This document shows positions 1-12,922 of a stretch of DNA of 64,000 bases, in pieces (within the stretch, counting starts at the first letter, position 1; each line of letters begins with the position of its first letter). Under the pieces are notes generated by a model, which was not told the DNA's origin, searched no databases, and was given only the letters and a program-made list of their open reading frames with translations. The translations under genes were made by a program, and so were the position numbers. Source of the DNA: Eledone cirrhosa (taxonomy: Eukaryota); the NCBI GenBank assembly GCA_964016885.1, contig OZ024741.1:317626001-317690000 (forward strand), read 5' to 3'.

Positions 1-1
1 G

Positions 2-480
2 ATGCGCATGAAAGACAGCTGTATAAAAAAGGGCAGGGCGATCAAAATTGATGGAAGCTACGGAGTAGACAGACCCAGAAAAACCTGGGACGATTTGATA
101 AATTCCGATCTTACACACTTACATCTCTCCAAGACAATGTCACTTGACCGAGATCTTTGGTGCTACGCAGTAATACAGAATACCCACCTTGCCTAAGTGC
201 AAAGTGAAACCTACAGTCAGTAGGCACCTCTTAACCAAAAATCCCTCTACCCCTACCCCCATCTACACCACCCCTTTCTCTGTAAAGTTATGTTGGTACC
301 ACAACATCCAGTCCTAAATAAATGAGGTTGTGTAGGTGTCATGACAAAACAAAACACACAGTCCACACTGTAATGTGGCCGTGTAGGTAACACGGTAAAA
401 ACCTCCCATTCCACACTGTAAACGTTGTTGATGTTAGGAAGGCCATCCAGCCGTAGAAAACCTGCCAGACAGTCCTATTC
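2..480 (+). mobile_element. RTE-clade LINE 3' end (RT C-terminus and 3' UTR)
   Basis: ORF 2..196 (RPRKTWDDLINSDL) and the following UTR closely match the RTE copy at 60040-60510. Confidence 0.85.
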
Positions 481-542
481 GTCCTATCCACGTTTACAGG
501 TAGAAACTGTATGGAAGTCCACCAGATGGACTGTACTTATAA

Positions 543-758
543 CCCATTTACATTACTCTATATATATATATTAGTGTATTTTCATGGTAAAGGCTTTACC
601 TCACATAATTATCTCACATATCGAATCTATGAGATTTTGATGCTATTTATTTTGAGAACAATACCTTAACATTGGTATGAGCAGTGGGTTACAGTCAGTT
701 TGAACAGAAAGAGGTGAGAGAAATCTGACTGGATACAGTCGGTTTAAATGCTAAAGGG
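543..758. mobile_element. piggyBac-like MITE family 1 (~220 bp)
   Basis: Ends AAATGCTAAAGGG|TTAA; the body matches the intact copy at 12974-13201; the left TIR is partly deleted. Confidence 0.7.
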
Positions 759-1163
759 TTAAGTGTATACATGTCTGTGGAATACTCAACCACTTACATG
801 TTAATTCATGGACTGCACATTTAGCAAGCTGATCAAACAATAGGGGAAAAAAACCCTCCGAAGTGTGTAATACTTTTTCATTGAAAGAAAATGATTTAAC
901 TTTCATAGAATATCTAAGATATGATTTTTCTTTCAAAAAATCGCTATAAACTTTTTTATTTTGAATTTAGTTGATCAAACAGTTGACTGGTTATCATCAA
1001 AACTGAGAGAGAACCCATCATATACAACCAATATTCCTTAAATTGTTATTGTTGTTTGTTATTTGCTAAAAGAAGGTTAACTATGGTGTCCTTCATATTT
1101 AGTTTAATATCTGGATTACAAATGTGTTTTTGCCAATAATAACAAAGTGATTTGTCCTTTAAA

Positions 1164-1383
1164 CCTTTAGCATTTATATTACTCTATATTTACTATTGTA
1201 TTTTCACAGGAAACACTCTATCTCATATAATTATCTCACATAATATCGAATCTATGAGATTTTGATATTATTTATTTTGAGAACAATACCTTAACATCAG
1301 TATGAGCAGCCAGTTACGGCCAGATTGAACAGAAGGGGGTGAGAGAATTCTGGCCGGATATAACCGATTTAAATGCTAAAAGG
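1164..1383. mobile_element. piggyBac-like MITE family 1
   Basis: TIRs CCTTTAGCATTT...AAATGCTAAAAGG with TTAA flanks. Confidence 0.75.
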
Positions 1384-2131
1384 TTAATTTCTTGTTTGAC
1401 ATTTTTGAGAAATTGATCAGCAGCTACTCCCAATTGTTTTTAATAAGATTTTGATATCATCACCATCATCATCATCTCTTTCTCCATGATTGTATGGGTT
1501 AAGTCATCCTCCATACAGTATCTTTCTACTTTCCTTTATCATCTCCTTTGTGAGATTCAGTTTCTTTAAATTAGCAACTTTCTGCCCACATTTTTCTTGG
1601 TCTTCCTCTTCCACAGCTAAATGAAGTGGAAAAGCTGAATAAACACACTAAACAGAAAGAAAAAAAATCACTTACTGGCATTAATAGATCATCAAATAAC
1701 TGTTTGATATTAAAACATCTGTTTGGGTCCCTAGGTCAATCTAAGAATTTGCCGTTGTATTGTGTTGTTAAAGAGAAGGCCTGTTGTAAAGGAGAGACTA
1801 AACGATTCTATGTTCTATGGAATAAACAGATGTTAATCTTTTATTTCAGTGTTAACATTTAAAAAAGACCATATCACAAAGGCTGACTTTTCTTCTAGAG
1901 AACAGAAAATACTTTAGCACTCAACACCTGTTAATTCTTGCTTAAAATTCATTGTTTGATCACTGCTTCATGTTATTAAGCACACTTTTTATCAAAGAAA
2001 CACCATCATCATTATCCTCATCATTTCATACCTACTTTTCATGCTGGGATTGGTTGTCAACTTCTGAGGTTAGTCAAGTTAACCTGCATTGCTATGTTCC
2101 ATATATGGTATGGTTTCAGAATGCCCTTCAG

Positions 2132-3123
2132 AATAATAATGGTTTCTTTTATAGGCACAAGGCCAGCAATTTTGGGGGGAGGGAAAAGTCGATGAAATTG
2201 ACTCCAGTGCATGACTGGTACTTTATTTTATTGACCCCGTAAGGAGGAAAAGCAAAGTTAACCTCGGTGGGATTTGAACTCAGACCAGAAAGGGCCGTAA
2301 CTCTATGCTGCAAAGCATGGTGCCCGACCCTCTACCGATACTGCCAATCTATAATAATAATAATTGTTTCTACTTTTGGCACAAGGCCAGCAATTATCCC
2401 AGTGCATTACTGGTACTTTATTTTATCGACTCCGTAAGGATGAAAGGCAACGTTAACCTTGGCAGGATAATAACAATGATTTCATGCGGGCTTACAATAA
2501 AATTGAGTAAAAATACACAATAACAAAATCAGTTAACAATAAAAATATATTAAAAAAATAAAATATATAAAAATATAACAAAATAAATTCCCCAATAGGG
2601 GGTGAACCATCCAGGGGAAACTCAGGTACCCATCAATCCTGAACACCTGACACTTTGAGGGCACCCGGGAAGGCCACCCCTCTCTTCCTGAAGTTAACCA
2701 GCCTACAAGCACATGCCCAGAATAGGCCCATTCATGCGAGCCCACTCTAAGCATGTGCCTGTAGGTTGGTTAATAATAATAATTGTTTCTACTTTTGGCA
2801 CAAGGCCAGCAATTATCCCAGTGTATTACTGGTACTTTATTTTATCGACCCCGTAAGGATGAAAAAGGCAAAGTTAACCTCGGCGGGATTTGAACTCAGA
2901 CCATATGGTTTCTTATATAGGTACAAGGCCAGCAATTTGGAAGGAGGGGAAAGTCGATTAAATCGACCCCAGTGCGTGACTGGTGCTTTATTTTACCAAC
3001 CCCGTAAGGATGAAAGGGAAAGTAAACCTCAGCGGGATTTAAACTCAGATCATAAAGGGCTGTAACTCGATGCTGAAAAGCATGGCTCCTGACTCTCTAC
3101 CGATACTACCAATCCACCACCCT
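2132..3123 (-). mobile_element. Cluster of about 4 tRNA-derived SINEs (Deu/Nin-like central domain)
   Basis: On the minus strand: A box TGGCAGTATCGG, B box GAGTTCAAATCC and a GCCTTTCATCCTTACGGGGTCGATAAAATAAAGTACCAG-type core. Copies at about 2132, 2356, 2775 and 2907. Confidence 0.8.
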
Positions 3124-3246
3124 GGTTAATGATAATAATGATAATAATAATTTCTTTATTGGCCACAGAGGGCTCACATTAAGGAAACATTAAAGAAGGT
3201 ACAGGTCGATACAGTGTGGGTTTTTCTTTGTGTAAAATAAAATTTA

Positions 3247-4017
3247 CTAGCAGAATGGCCCGGCGTTGCTCGGGATTCTAAACATAGATTGGCATGTTTA
3301 GTCCTCCTTTCTGAAACAGTTTCGTTGTATGTTCACCAATTGATGCAGAAGTCCTAATAAAAAGTGAAGTCGCCTTGGGTGAATAGGCAAATAATTTTCC
3401 ATTAAGATATTTCAAAAGCATGTAATTGCGTTCCCTCTCTTTTTTGTTGTTGTTTTTGCTGCTTTTTTGTTGTTGTTTTGTGTATGCAAAAATATCTGTA
3501 CACGAATATATAATTATATATACATAATACATATATATATTAAAATAACAGATTAAAGTTTAAGCAAAGAATCGCTGCTTTCACCCTTAACGGGATCTTC
3601 TGAAACTAAAAAAATCAATCTGTGAACGCAGAAATAAATATTTCGAAAAACGTTACACACTATATATATATATATATATGTACATACACACTATATATAC
3701 ATACATACACACACACAGATAGCGTCATAGTGTCATAATGCAGACAGCCAGACATACAGACAGATATTATAAGGACGCGATATTATAGTCATGTATCTAT
3801 CTAAAAAGACAGACTAAGAATTATAGAGAGATCGCTAAACGGTGCGTAATGTGGTCCCTAGGGCATTGAGAATTTGAAATATTTTTTGCTCAAAACACTC
3901 ACACAACCATAAGTATTACATGTGTAAAGTTTGAAAACAAACCGTTGGGTGGTTCTCGAGTTTTATTGAGTCAGACAGACAGATAGACAGACAGACATTC
4001 TGTTTTAGATATATAGA
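3247..4017 (-). mobile_element. Non-autonomous Helitron
   Basis: Minus strand begins TCTATATATCTAAAAC with a (CTGT)n tract and ends in hairpin CCCGAGCAACGCCGGG followed by CTAG|T. Confidence 0.75.
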
Positions 4018-4457
4018 CTAACAGAATGGCCCGGCGTTGCTCGGGATTCTAAACATAGATTAGCATGTTTAGTCCTCCTTTCTGAAACAGTTTCGTTGTA
4101 TGTTCACCAATTGATGCAGAAGTTCTAATAAAAAGTGAAGTCGCCTTGGGTGAATAGGCAAATAGTTTTCCATTAAGGTTTTTCAAAAGCATGTAATTGC
4201 GTTCCCTCTCTTTTTTGTTGTTGTTTTTGCTGCTGTTGGTGTGATAGCAGCCGTTAGTCGTACTACTAACACAGTCTCGTCCTTCTTCAGGCAATCGTGT
4301 ATATCCCCTTCTGCCTCGTCAGCAATGAGAACAATATTTGCTCTAGGGTTCTTATATATTTGATATATATTTATCCTTATCGAGCCTCGTGAAATAAATA
4401 CGTTTGTTTATATTTTGTTATTGTATATGCAAAAATATCTGTACACGAATATATAAT
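4018..4457 (-). mobile_element. Helitron 3' portion joined head-to-tail to the previous copy
   Basis: 4018-4235 duplicates 3247-3465, including the terminal hairpin. Confidence 0.65.
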
Positions 4458-4738
4458 CTCCTTATAATATATAACCAGCAATTTCTCTGTCTGTCTGTCC
4501 GACAGTGGAAACACGTGCGCGCGTGGTTGCTATCTCTCTCTCTCTCTCTCCAGCTATCCCTCTCTTTTAGTCTGTCTGTTTCTCTCACTCTCACTCTTTC
4601 TCTTTGTAACACACTAACATTCCTCCCCTCTATCGCTGTGACGAATGGGGAGATGGAGGAGGAGGAGAGAGTCACTTCGTCACTTCACCTCTGCCTTTCT
4701 TTCTCTCCCCTCTCACTCCCTCATTACGTACAGACATT

Positions 4739-4931
4739 AGGGCGGTGGATTGGCAGAATCTGTAGAGAGTCGGACACCATGCTTCATAGCATGGAGTTAC
4801 GTCCATTTACGGTCTGATTTCAAATACCGCCGAGGTTAACTTTGCCTTTCATCCTCACGGGGTCGATAAAATAAAGTACCAGTAATGTACTGGGTAATTG
4901 CTGGCCTTGTGCCAAAAGTAGAAACAATTAT
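4739..4931 (+). mobile_element. tRNA-derived SINE (Deu/Nin-like)
   Basis: GGGCGGTGGATTGGCAGAATC head, GCCTTTCATCC core and GGCCTTGTGCCAAAAGTAGAAAC tail. Confidence 0.8.
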
Positions 4932-5049
4932 TAGAAACATTGCTTCATTTTTACATATCTAAGCATTAGTAAAATAACTAATAATTTCAAAAGTAATTTT
5001 TCAATTCCAATTGTTATGAACAGCAAAACATTAATAATAATTTTGTTCT

Positions 5050-5299
5050 AAGAAATATATATACATTTCTGTGTGTGTAATATATATATATATACACACA
5101 CAGAAATATATATACATTTCTGTGTGTGTAATATATATATATACACACAGAAATATATATACATTTCTGTGTGTGTAATATATATATATATATACACACA
5201 CAGAAATATATATATATACACACAGAGATATATATACATTTCTGTGTGTGTAATATATATATATATACACACAGAAATATATATACATTTCTGTGTGTG

Positions 5300-5344
<45 letters not shown>

Positions 5345-5350
5345 GAAATA
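5050..5350. repeat. Minisatellite with a self-complementary ~45-50 bp unit
   Basis: About 6 units of ACACACAGAAAT-ATATATAC-ATTTCTGTGTGT plus (TA)n. Confidence 0.85.
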
Positions 5351-5599
5351 TATGGGCATTTCTCTGTTTGTCTGTCCTTCCCTAAAACTCAAATGTAGGT
5401 GCTACAGAAATATTACCTTCCCCTTCCTTTCTCCACTTTGGTACTACCAAGAGAAACACTGTCGCTATAGAAACATTACCTTCCCCTCTCCACTGACTTT
5501 GGTCACTGAGGCCGAGGGAATCGCTGACTGCTATAGGGACACCTTGCACAAGCCAGAAGTAACCAGTTCGAGGCGGTTCTGACTTGACACCATGCCAAG

Positions 5600-6113
5600 T
5601 CTACTTATAATATATAATGGGCATTTCTCTGTTTGTTTGTCTGTCTGTCCGTCTGTCAAAAATGCCAAGGAAACAAATAGACGCGGTTTCAAATCTCTAT
5701 GCTTTTCAAATTCATCACATGAATCTTTATTTATACGTTTCGCTTTACGAGTGTTTCGACTTACGAGTGTTTCGGCTTACGAGTGTTTCGGCTTATCATT
5801 ATATATAAACGTTTCTATTTCCATCGTTTTATCGTAAAGGTTTATATATTTCCATCGGTATATCATAACGTTTATGTATCATAACGTTTATATTTCCGTC
5901 ACTAATCTCTTTTTCTCCTTTTTCGTTTTAACATATATTTATTTCAAAGATTTCACCGTATAGATAACATATATATTTATACATGCATAAAAGACACACC
6001 GAGAGACGGTGAACATGTGGTGCCGAAAACATTTCTCATCCAAATCTCAACAATATCAGTATATACACTAGATTTGCTAGCAGAAAACCGCCTACCGGGT
6101 AGTTTTCTGCTAG
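5600..6113 (+). mobile_element. Non-autonomous Helitron
   Basis: TC start, (CTGT)n near the 5' end, ends TTCTGCTAG|T. Confidence 0.6.
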
Positions 6114-6729
6114 TCTATATATATATAATTGAGGGTGTCTGTCTGTGTGTGTGTGTGTGTGAGTTTGAATCCCTAAAACTCGAGAAGTACCCAACCGATC
6201 TTTTTCAAACTTGACATGTGTGTTACTTATGTTTCAGGGAGTGTTATACACATAAACAAATTCAACTTTTTGATGCCCTAGGGCCCGCATTAGGTGAAAA
6301 ACTGCGTTTTTCAGCTTTGTAGGGGTTATTTGAAGCGTTACGTCAGACCGATTTCCTTGAAATTGTAACTATGTATTAGTCAGTCTCTTCTTCATACCGT
6401 GAGCAAAGAAAATCCAACTTTTTTATGGCCTAGGGCCCGCATTAGGTGAAAAACTTCATTTTTTCAGCTTTTTAGGCGATTTTTCCCGAAATTTCAAGGC
6501 ATATTATGCACATAAAAGAAATTCATTTTCTTGATCCCCTAGGACCCGCATTAGGTGAAAACCTGCATTTTTCCTGCTTCATCGAGGAAAATCTTAAAGA
6601 TTATCCAGCCATCAGAGTATTCGGTTTATTTTCTTTACATATTATCCAGGCATGCAGTTTTTCCACGATTAGGTCTGTTGGCGGCCCGCCAAAATACCTT
6701 ATCCCGTGCAACGCCAGATACCACTGCTA

Positions 6730-6730
<1 letters not shown>
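6114..6730 (+). mobile_element. Non-autonomous Helitron
   Basis: TC start, internal GGGCCCGCATTAGGTGAAAA repeats, hairpin and CTAG|T end; near-identical copy at 18951-19618. Confidence 0.8.
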
Positions 6731-6759
<29 letters not shown>

Positions 6760-6770
<11 letters not shown>

Positions 6771-7228
6771 TAACAGATTAAAGTTTAAGCGAAGAATCGC
6801 AGCTGTCACCCTTAACGGGATCTTCTGAAACTAAAAAAATCAATCTGTGAACGCAGAAGTAAATATTTCGAAAAACGTTACACACTATATATATATATAT
6901 ATATACACACTATATATACATATATACACACACACAAAGATAGTGTCATAATGTCGTAATGCAGACATACAGACAGATATGTTAAGGGCACGACGTTGTA
7001 GCTAAGTATCTATCTAAAAAGACAGACTAAGAAAGATAGAGAGATCGCTAACCGGCGCCTAATGCGGTCCCTAGGGCATTGAAAATTTGAAATATTTTTT
7101 ATTGCTCAAAACACTCACACGACCATAAGTATTACATGTGTAAAGTTTGAAAAAAAATCGGTTGGGTGGTTCTCGAGTTTTAGGGAGTCAGACAGACAGA
7201 CAGACATTCTCTGTTTTAGATATATAGA
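6760..7228 (-). mobile_element. Helitron 5' portion (family of 3247-4017)
   Basis: High identity to 3535-4017. Confidence 0.7.
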
Positions 7229-7239
7229 TAACAGAGTTT

Positions 7240-8130
7240 ATGAAAATAAACATTTAAAACAAACATAACAAATCCCCCAAAGGTGAGGAGACTCTAAGGG
7301 TTGCTCGTGTAGAAATCACACAAAAGCCACGGTCACCCTGTCCGCTAGGACAAAGTGTCCTCTCCCAGTTTTTCTACGCCAATCTACAGGTGTATGCTCA
7401 AGGCAGGCCCCTTCACACGGACCATGCTCACCACTCTCACCCACCTTACAACAACCTGGTTGGAAGACAGCACTTCCCTCTCCACCCTGATTTTCCTCAT
7501 CAAGTGAAATCTTAAAAAGTTAATCAGGGCTACACCGAAGAGAAAAATGGCTGTCTTCAGCCCTTTCAAATGAGTTCACCACACAACTTCTTTTGCCATA
7601 GCCACCAGGCAGATAAAAACTGCTTGTCCTTCCCCTCTAAAGGAGGATGGTGGGGAAATCTTCACAATAAATTCAGTTGGATCCATCCTACATGTGACAG
7701 CAGGTACTCGAAATAAACCCACAGGTCAGCAATACTCGGACACTCTACGAGTGCATGCAGGATGGTTTCATTGCCCTGCATGCACCTCTGACCAGCCTAA
7801 GTGAAAGCACTTCCATGTCTGTAGAGTTTATCTTGAACTGGCAAAGCTCTTCAGTAGCATTGCCAGGCCAGGGATTTCTGGAAGTTATCCATGGGTCCTG
7901 GACCAAAAGTTCTCTGGAAAAGAGTGGCTAGTTGATTTTCATCAATGCCCAGAGTCTCCCCAAGGACGTCATTGCTCTTACTCTACACTAAGCCTTTATA
8001 GAATGCTAAGGAGGAGTTTCCACTGATCGTACTATGCAATAGGGTGAGGGCTGTGAGCACTTGAAGACATTCAAGTCTCCAAATGCTCACTCTTGACCTT
8101 TGTTTGACCCAAGATTGCAGCTCCGTCAAT
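7240..8130 (-). mobile_element. Degenerate L1/Tx1-like LINE 3' fragment
   Basis: ETILHALVEC-type zinc-knuckle remnant and FICLVAMAKEVVW...KGLKT C-terminus; interrupted by stops. Confidence 0.55.
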
Positions 8131-8131
8131 G

Positions 8132-8815
8132 ATTTCTTTATTAACCACAAGGGTTTACATAGAGGAAAACATTAGTACAGGACAGTACAAATGGGGGTTT
8201 TTACATGCAAAAAAAGAACACGATAACAATAAAGAAAGATGTGACAAAAAAGAGAAACAATGGAGAAAGCCCACAAAAAGCCACAGTCATCCTGACCACT
8301 AGGGCAAGTGCCTTCTCCCAGTTTTCCTCCTTCAATACTTCAGGCACACACTCAGGTCAGGCCCATTCACATGAGCCATTCTTGCCTCTCTCACTCACCT
8401 TTCAACAAACTGGTTGGAAGGCAACACTTCACTCTCCACCCTCATTTCTCCATTTCAGGTAAAACCTGTAAAAGTTAATGAGAACGTTGTTGAAGAAGAA
8501 AGTGCCCGTCTTCAACCCTTTCATATGTATCCTACATACAACTTTTTTCACCTTGGCCACCAGACAGATAAAAACTGCTTGCCCTTCCTGGATAAAGGAG
8601 GGTGGCAGGGCGATCTTCATGATGGACTCAGCTGATAGCTGGATCCATCCTACATGTGAAAGCAGATGTTCGACATAAACCCACAAGTCAGCATTACTCA
8701 GACACTGGACAAGTGCATGGAGGATGATCTCATTGCCCCGTGCACATCTTGGGCAGGCATGGCTGATGGCACTTCCATGCCTGTAAAGTTTATCTCAAAC
8801 TGGCAATGCTCCTGC
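8132..8815 (-). mobile_element. Second L1/Tx1-like LINE 3' fragment
   Basis: ORF 8429..8686 is homologous to the 7384-7740 copy; AATAAA-containing 3' end near 8135. Confidence 0.55.
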
Positions 8816-9394
8816 AGGAGTCATACGGACACCATAATGACACATAGCAGTTTTAAGGCATTTTTAACCCTGGCAGAGCCCATCTTTTCTCCAGATCCGA
8901 ATACAGCAGTTTTCTTCCAGAGACAAATAGAGAGAGTGAGAGAATGGAAGTGAGAAAGAGGTATTGAGTAAGAATCAACCCCCAGTACTATACTGGTACA
9001 TTTTTATCGATATCGAAAGGATGAAAGGCAGTACTAGTGATAAAAACAAAATAAAAGCAAAAATCAAAAAATGAAACCATGGTGTATACCTGTCTGGTGA
9101 CAGATTTAAATGAAATTCTTGGGTTTGTTGATAAAACATACAAAACAAATAATATTATTCAAAAATTGAAAAAAGAAAATGAAGTAAACAAATGTTTCCG
9201 AGAGAATAGTAAGGCATCTGTTAACATTAAACGGTTTTAGAAAAAAAGTCTATTATTAATACACCTGTTTTGGTTCCAAGAAAGACCTAAGAAGTTCTTA
9301 TATAATGGAGTTACTATTGATTTGAATGGTGGTGGGGTGAGGGAAAAAAGGTGGCCTGAGAAGATAGGATAAAGATTCTATACTGAATAGCAAT

Positions 9395-9451
9395 ACACAC
9401 ATACATACACAAACATATACATATATACATACACACATATGTACATATATG

Positions 9452-9488
<37 letters not shown>

Positions 9489-9513
9489 GCACACATATAT
9501 ATACATATATGTA

Positions 9514-9579
<66 letters not shown>

Positions 9580-9623
9580 CACACGTATATATACATATAT
9601 ATATATATATATACATATACACG

Positions 9624-9657
<34 letters not shown>
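9395..9657. repeat. (TA)n/(CA)n microsatellite
   Basis: Directly visible; ends just before the splice acceptor at 9670. Confidence 0.95.
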
Positions 9658-9662
<5 letters not shown>

Positions 9663-9717
9663 ATTTCCAGCGTTTTGCTCAATCACTCTTTTGGTTCCCT
9701 GTCTAAAATTCTTCACC

Positions 9718-9775
9718 ATGTTCAGGTGTGGTGTTATTCTGATGTTGTTGGTTCTTGTAGGGTTAACCGTTGCAG
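9718..9775 (+). CDS. Small secreted protein, coding exon 1 (signal peptide [19 protein letters not shown])
   Basis: Acceptor TTTCCAG ending at 9670, CACCATG start context, hydrophobic core, phase-1 donor CAG|GTAGGA. Confidence 0.7.
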
Positions 9776-9960
9776 GTAGGAATATTTTCATATTTTATTT
9801 TTATCAAAGCATTACATATTTTGATTTTCAACTAAGCCAAATCATCCCAAAAAAATTTTTAATCCCCTTGTTACCATATTTCTAATGAAAGACACTGCTT
9901 CTGATTCTCAAATACTTTTTAAAATAATCATAATTAAGGTGAGGTTTGGAATATAACTTA

Positions 9961-10168
9961 ACTCTTTAGCATTTACATTACTCAATATTTACTATTTTGA
10001 TGGTAAACACTTTACCTCACATAATTATCTCACATGATATTGAATCTATGAGATTTTGATATTTAGAACAATATCTTAACATCAGTATGAGCAGCTAGTT
10101 GCAGCCGGTTTGAGCTGAAAGAGGTGAGAGAATTCTGGCCAGATACAGCCAGTTTAAAGGCTAAAAAG
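9961..10168. mobile_element. piggyBac-like MITE family 1
   Basis: Same body and TTAA flanks as the other copies. Confidence 0.7.
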
Positions 10169-10900
10169 TTAACAAAGATTGTACATGAAATTATTGTGAG
10201 GGATTTTTAGATAAATATATCCATTTTAAAATTTTGGATCATAGAACTAGGTGTGTTTCAGATGGTTTGCTATCAAATGGATTAATCTGTTTTTGATTTG
10301 TGTGTGAGTGTGTGGTTTTTTTATATTAAAAGTATAATTTATTCAAATTATATATATAATCATTATCTTATTTTAGATTCATTTCTTGGGTAAAGCAACT
10401 TTTTTTATGTCATTTACACTCTCAATCTTTTCTTAACATAAACAAAAAATCTTTAACTCTTTCATTACTATATTGCCAATGAAAGACAATATAGAAATGA
10501 AAGTGTTTAATAATTTTTGAAAGCAAGTATTTGAAAGGATTTAATAAAATGTATTCACATTATTAAGTTAGTGTTTGGAACAGAACTTAATGACATTTCT
10601 TACATAAAATTATGTTGGAAGGTTTTTACATAAATATAAACATTTTAATCCTTTTGTTACTATATTTCTTATGAAAGACACTGCTTATGATTTTCAAATA
10701 GTTTTTGAAAATAATCATGTATTTGGAGGGATTTAGTAAAATAACTTTCTTATTATTAAGTTGGTGTTTGGAACATAACTTAACAAAGGTTTTCACATAA
10801 AACCATGAAAAATTCTAGATCATTTTAAAATATATAGGTTTGTAAACAACATTGAAGGCAACGTTCGAACTTTCAAAGCACTGAAGGATTATGAGGTTCA

Positions 10901-11238
10901 TAGAAAATGTAAGAAATTGAAACAAAGAAAATAATTGTAAATACTTTTGGTTGCTATAAATAGCTTAGACATTTGACAGCCGATGATTGTTTTCAAGGGA
11001 AGCTGTTTGATTTAGTTTCTAATTTAGACAGTATTTTTTTACGGGATTTGGGGGGGGGGGGGGTCAATGATTAAAGCATTCAGCTGGTATCTGAAAGATA
11101 TGAGGTTTGATTCCTTGTTAGACTGCTGGCCGCTTTTTTTGTTTATAAGGGGTCTTTATCAGATCGATTTTCTAAGCCATTTATGAGAACCAACTGTATT
11201 TACAGTTATTTTCTGCACCTGAGATTCTTATATTTTCT
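10901..11238. mobile_element. MITE-like element with ~70-bp imperfect TIRs
   Basis: TAGAAAATGTAAGAA...AAATAGCTTAGA is the approximate reverse complement of 11171-11238; lies within a piggyBac-like family 2 MITE. Confidence 0.55.
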
Positions 11239-11788
11239 ATACAGCTTTGTATTGTAGAACAAGAGGTGGTTTCAGGCAGTTTGGTATCAAATAGTTGAAA
11301 GGAGGTCACTCTTCATTATAACTTTTCAAAATAGAAAATCTAATAACCATTATTTATACTAACCTGTCTGAAGCTTCAGGTTGATAGTAAAGGGGTAATT
11401 AGAGTAATTGTGTGTATTTGGTTTAATATACATAAACTATATTGCTGCATGTCATAGAAGGTGACATAAAGGGTTGGTATCTAGCCTTAAAACATTACCT
11501 CAAAAATGACCCCATGAGTCCAATTAACACTTGATAGCAAACTGTTTGAAACCACTCCTGGTTCTATGATACAATGTTTTAAGTGTTTATATTTATCAAT
11601 AAACCTTCCATCATAATTCTATGTAAGAAACTTTATTAAGTTATGCTCCAAACACCAACTTGATAAAAGAAAGTTATATTACTAAATCCCTCAAATGATG
11701 ATGGTGATGATTATGATGATGATGATGGTGATGATGATGATGATATGATGGCGATAATGATATGCAATTCTTTTCTTTTCTTTTCCAG

Positions 11789-11806
11789 CTCCAAAACAAG
11801 TTCAAA
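11789..11806 (+). CDS. Small secreted protein, 18-nt microexon 2 (APKQVQ)
   Basis: TTTTCTTTTCTTTTCCAG acceptor, GTAAGT donor, phase 1-1. Confidence 0.65.
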
Positions 11807-12841
11807 GTAAGTAGAGATGGAATATCTATTTTTTCTACCTTCTGATGATGGACCAGTGTCCAAAACATTAAGACACTTTTCTAATTTCTTTTAAGCATTA
11901 AACTAATTTTTCTTTTTTATGATTTTGACATCTCCCAAATTCCCCTCCTTTTACTATGTCCCCCTTACCTTTTACTATCTAAGTCCTTAATTTTCCTCCT
12001 CTCATATCCTTCATATTACCCCTCATCATCCAACCCATCCTAGCATGGAAAGGTGCGTACCTCCCCACCAACACTGTGCTCCCATTCTCCCATCCACATC
12101 CCCAATTCACCTTTTTGTCCAAGCCATACCAACATAGAAAGCAGGGCATGCCTCACAATATACTGCCAGATGCAACTTACTCACTTCATGGCCACCCCTA
12201 TGACCCAGAGCCAGATCTCTCATTGTGAAACAACTCCCTCCCACAGCAAGCAACATGTAGCTTACTCTCCTCACATCTCACACCCGTACTCCCATCATTG
12301 CCATCCCAGCCTGACCAAGGACACAATGAACACCTTAGTATTGTAAAGTGGTGGTGCTGGTGATACGACAAAAAGCACCCAGTCCTTACTGTAAAATGGC
12401 AATGCTGAAGTCATGATAAAATTCTTCCAGTCCACACTGTAAAGTGGTTGGCATTAAGAAGAACAGGACTTTTTTAACCTCAGAAGAGGGCATGCGTTTG
12501 ACCCATAGCAAGCATGGAAAATAGATGTTAAACAATGATGATGAAGAAGACATTATCAACGATATCATCATCATCATTACCGTTTAACATCTATTTTCCA
12601 GGTTGTCACATTCTGAGAGAAGAATTGATCCCAGTACTGGACTGGAACTGAATTTATTTACTCCCAAAGGAATGAAAGGCAAAGTTGACTTAAGTGTGAT
12701 TTGAACTCAGATCTCAGAGAATCAGAATGAACACTACAAATCATTCTTCCTGACGTCTTAGCAACTCTGCCAATCCCCCCACCCCCCACAGATGTGTATC
12801 TACTAGAAAAATGTAACTTCTTGTTTTGTTCAATTTTTCAG

Positions 12842-12907
12842 TGACGTTGCAGCAAAGTGAAAGCACTTTTGATTTTGACACCTATCTACCCGCCCGGGTG
12901 AAAAGAG
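12842..12907 (+). CDS. Small secreted protein, 66-nt exon 3 (MTLQQSESTFDFDTYLPARVKR)
   Basis: TTTTTCAG acceptor, AG|GTCAGT donor, open in phase 1, ends in an R-x-K-R furin motif. Confidence 0.7.
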
Positions 12908-12922
12908 GTCAGTACTAGTTAA

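Noticed and set aside
9298-9885. Long Y/I-rich ORFs here and at 5014-5582, 53591-53930, 58573-58957 and 62022-62765
   Set aside because: Translations of (TA)n microsatellites; only 9718-9775 looks coding.
10377-10389. Possible 13-nt microexon (TTTTAG|...|GTAAAG)
   Set aside because: Not a multiple of 3; it would break the frame of the assembled gene.
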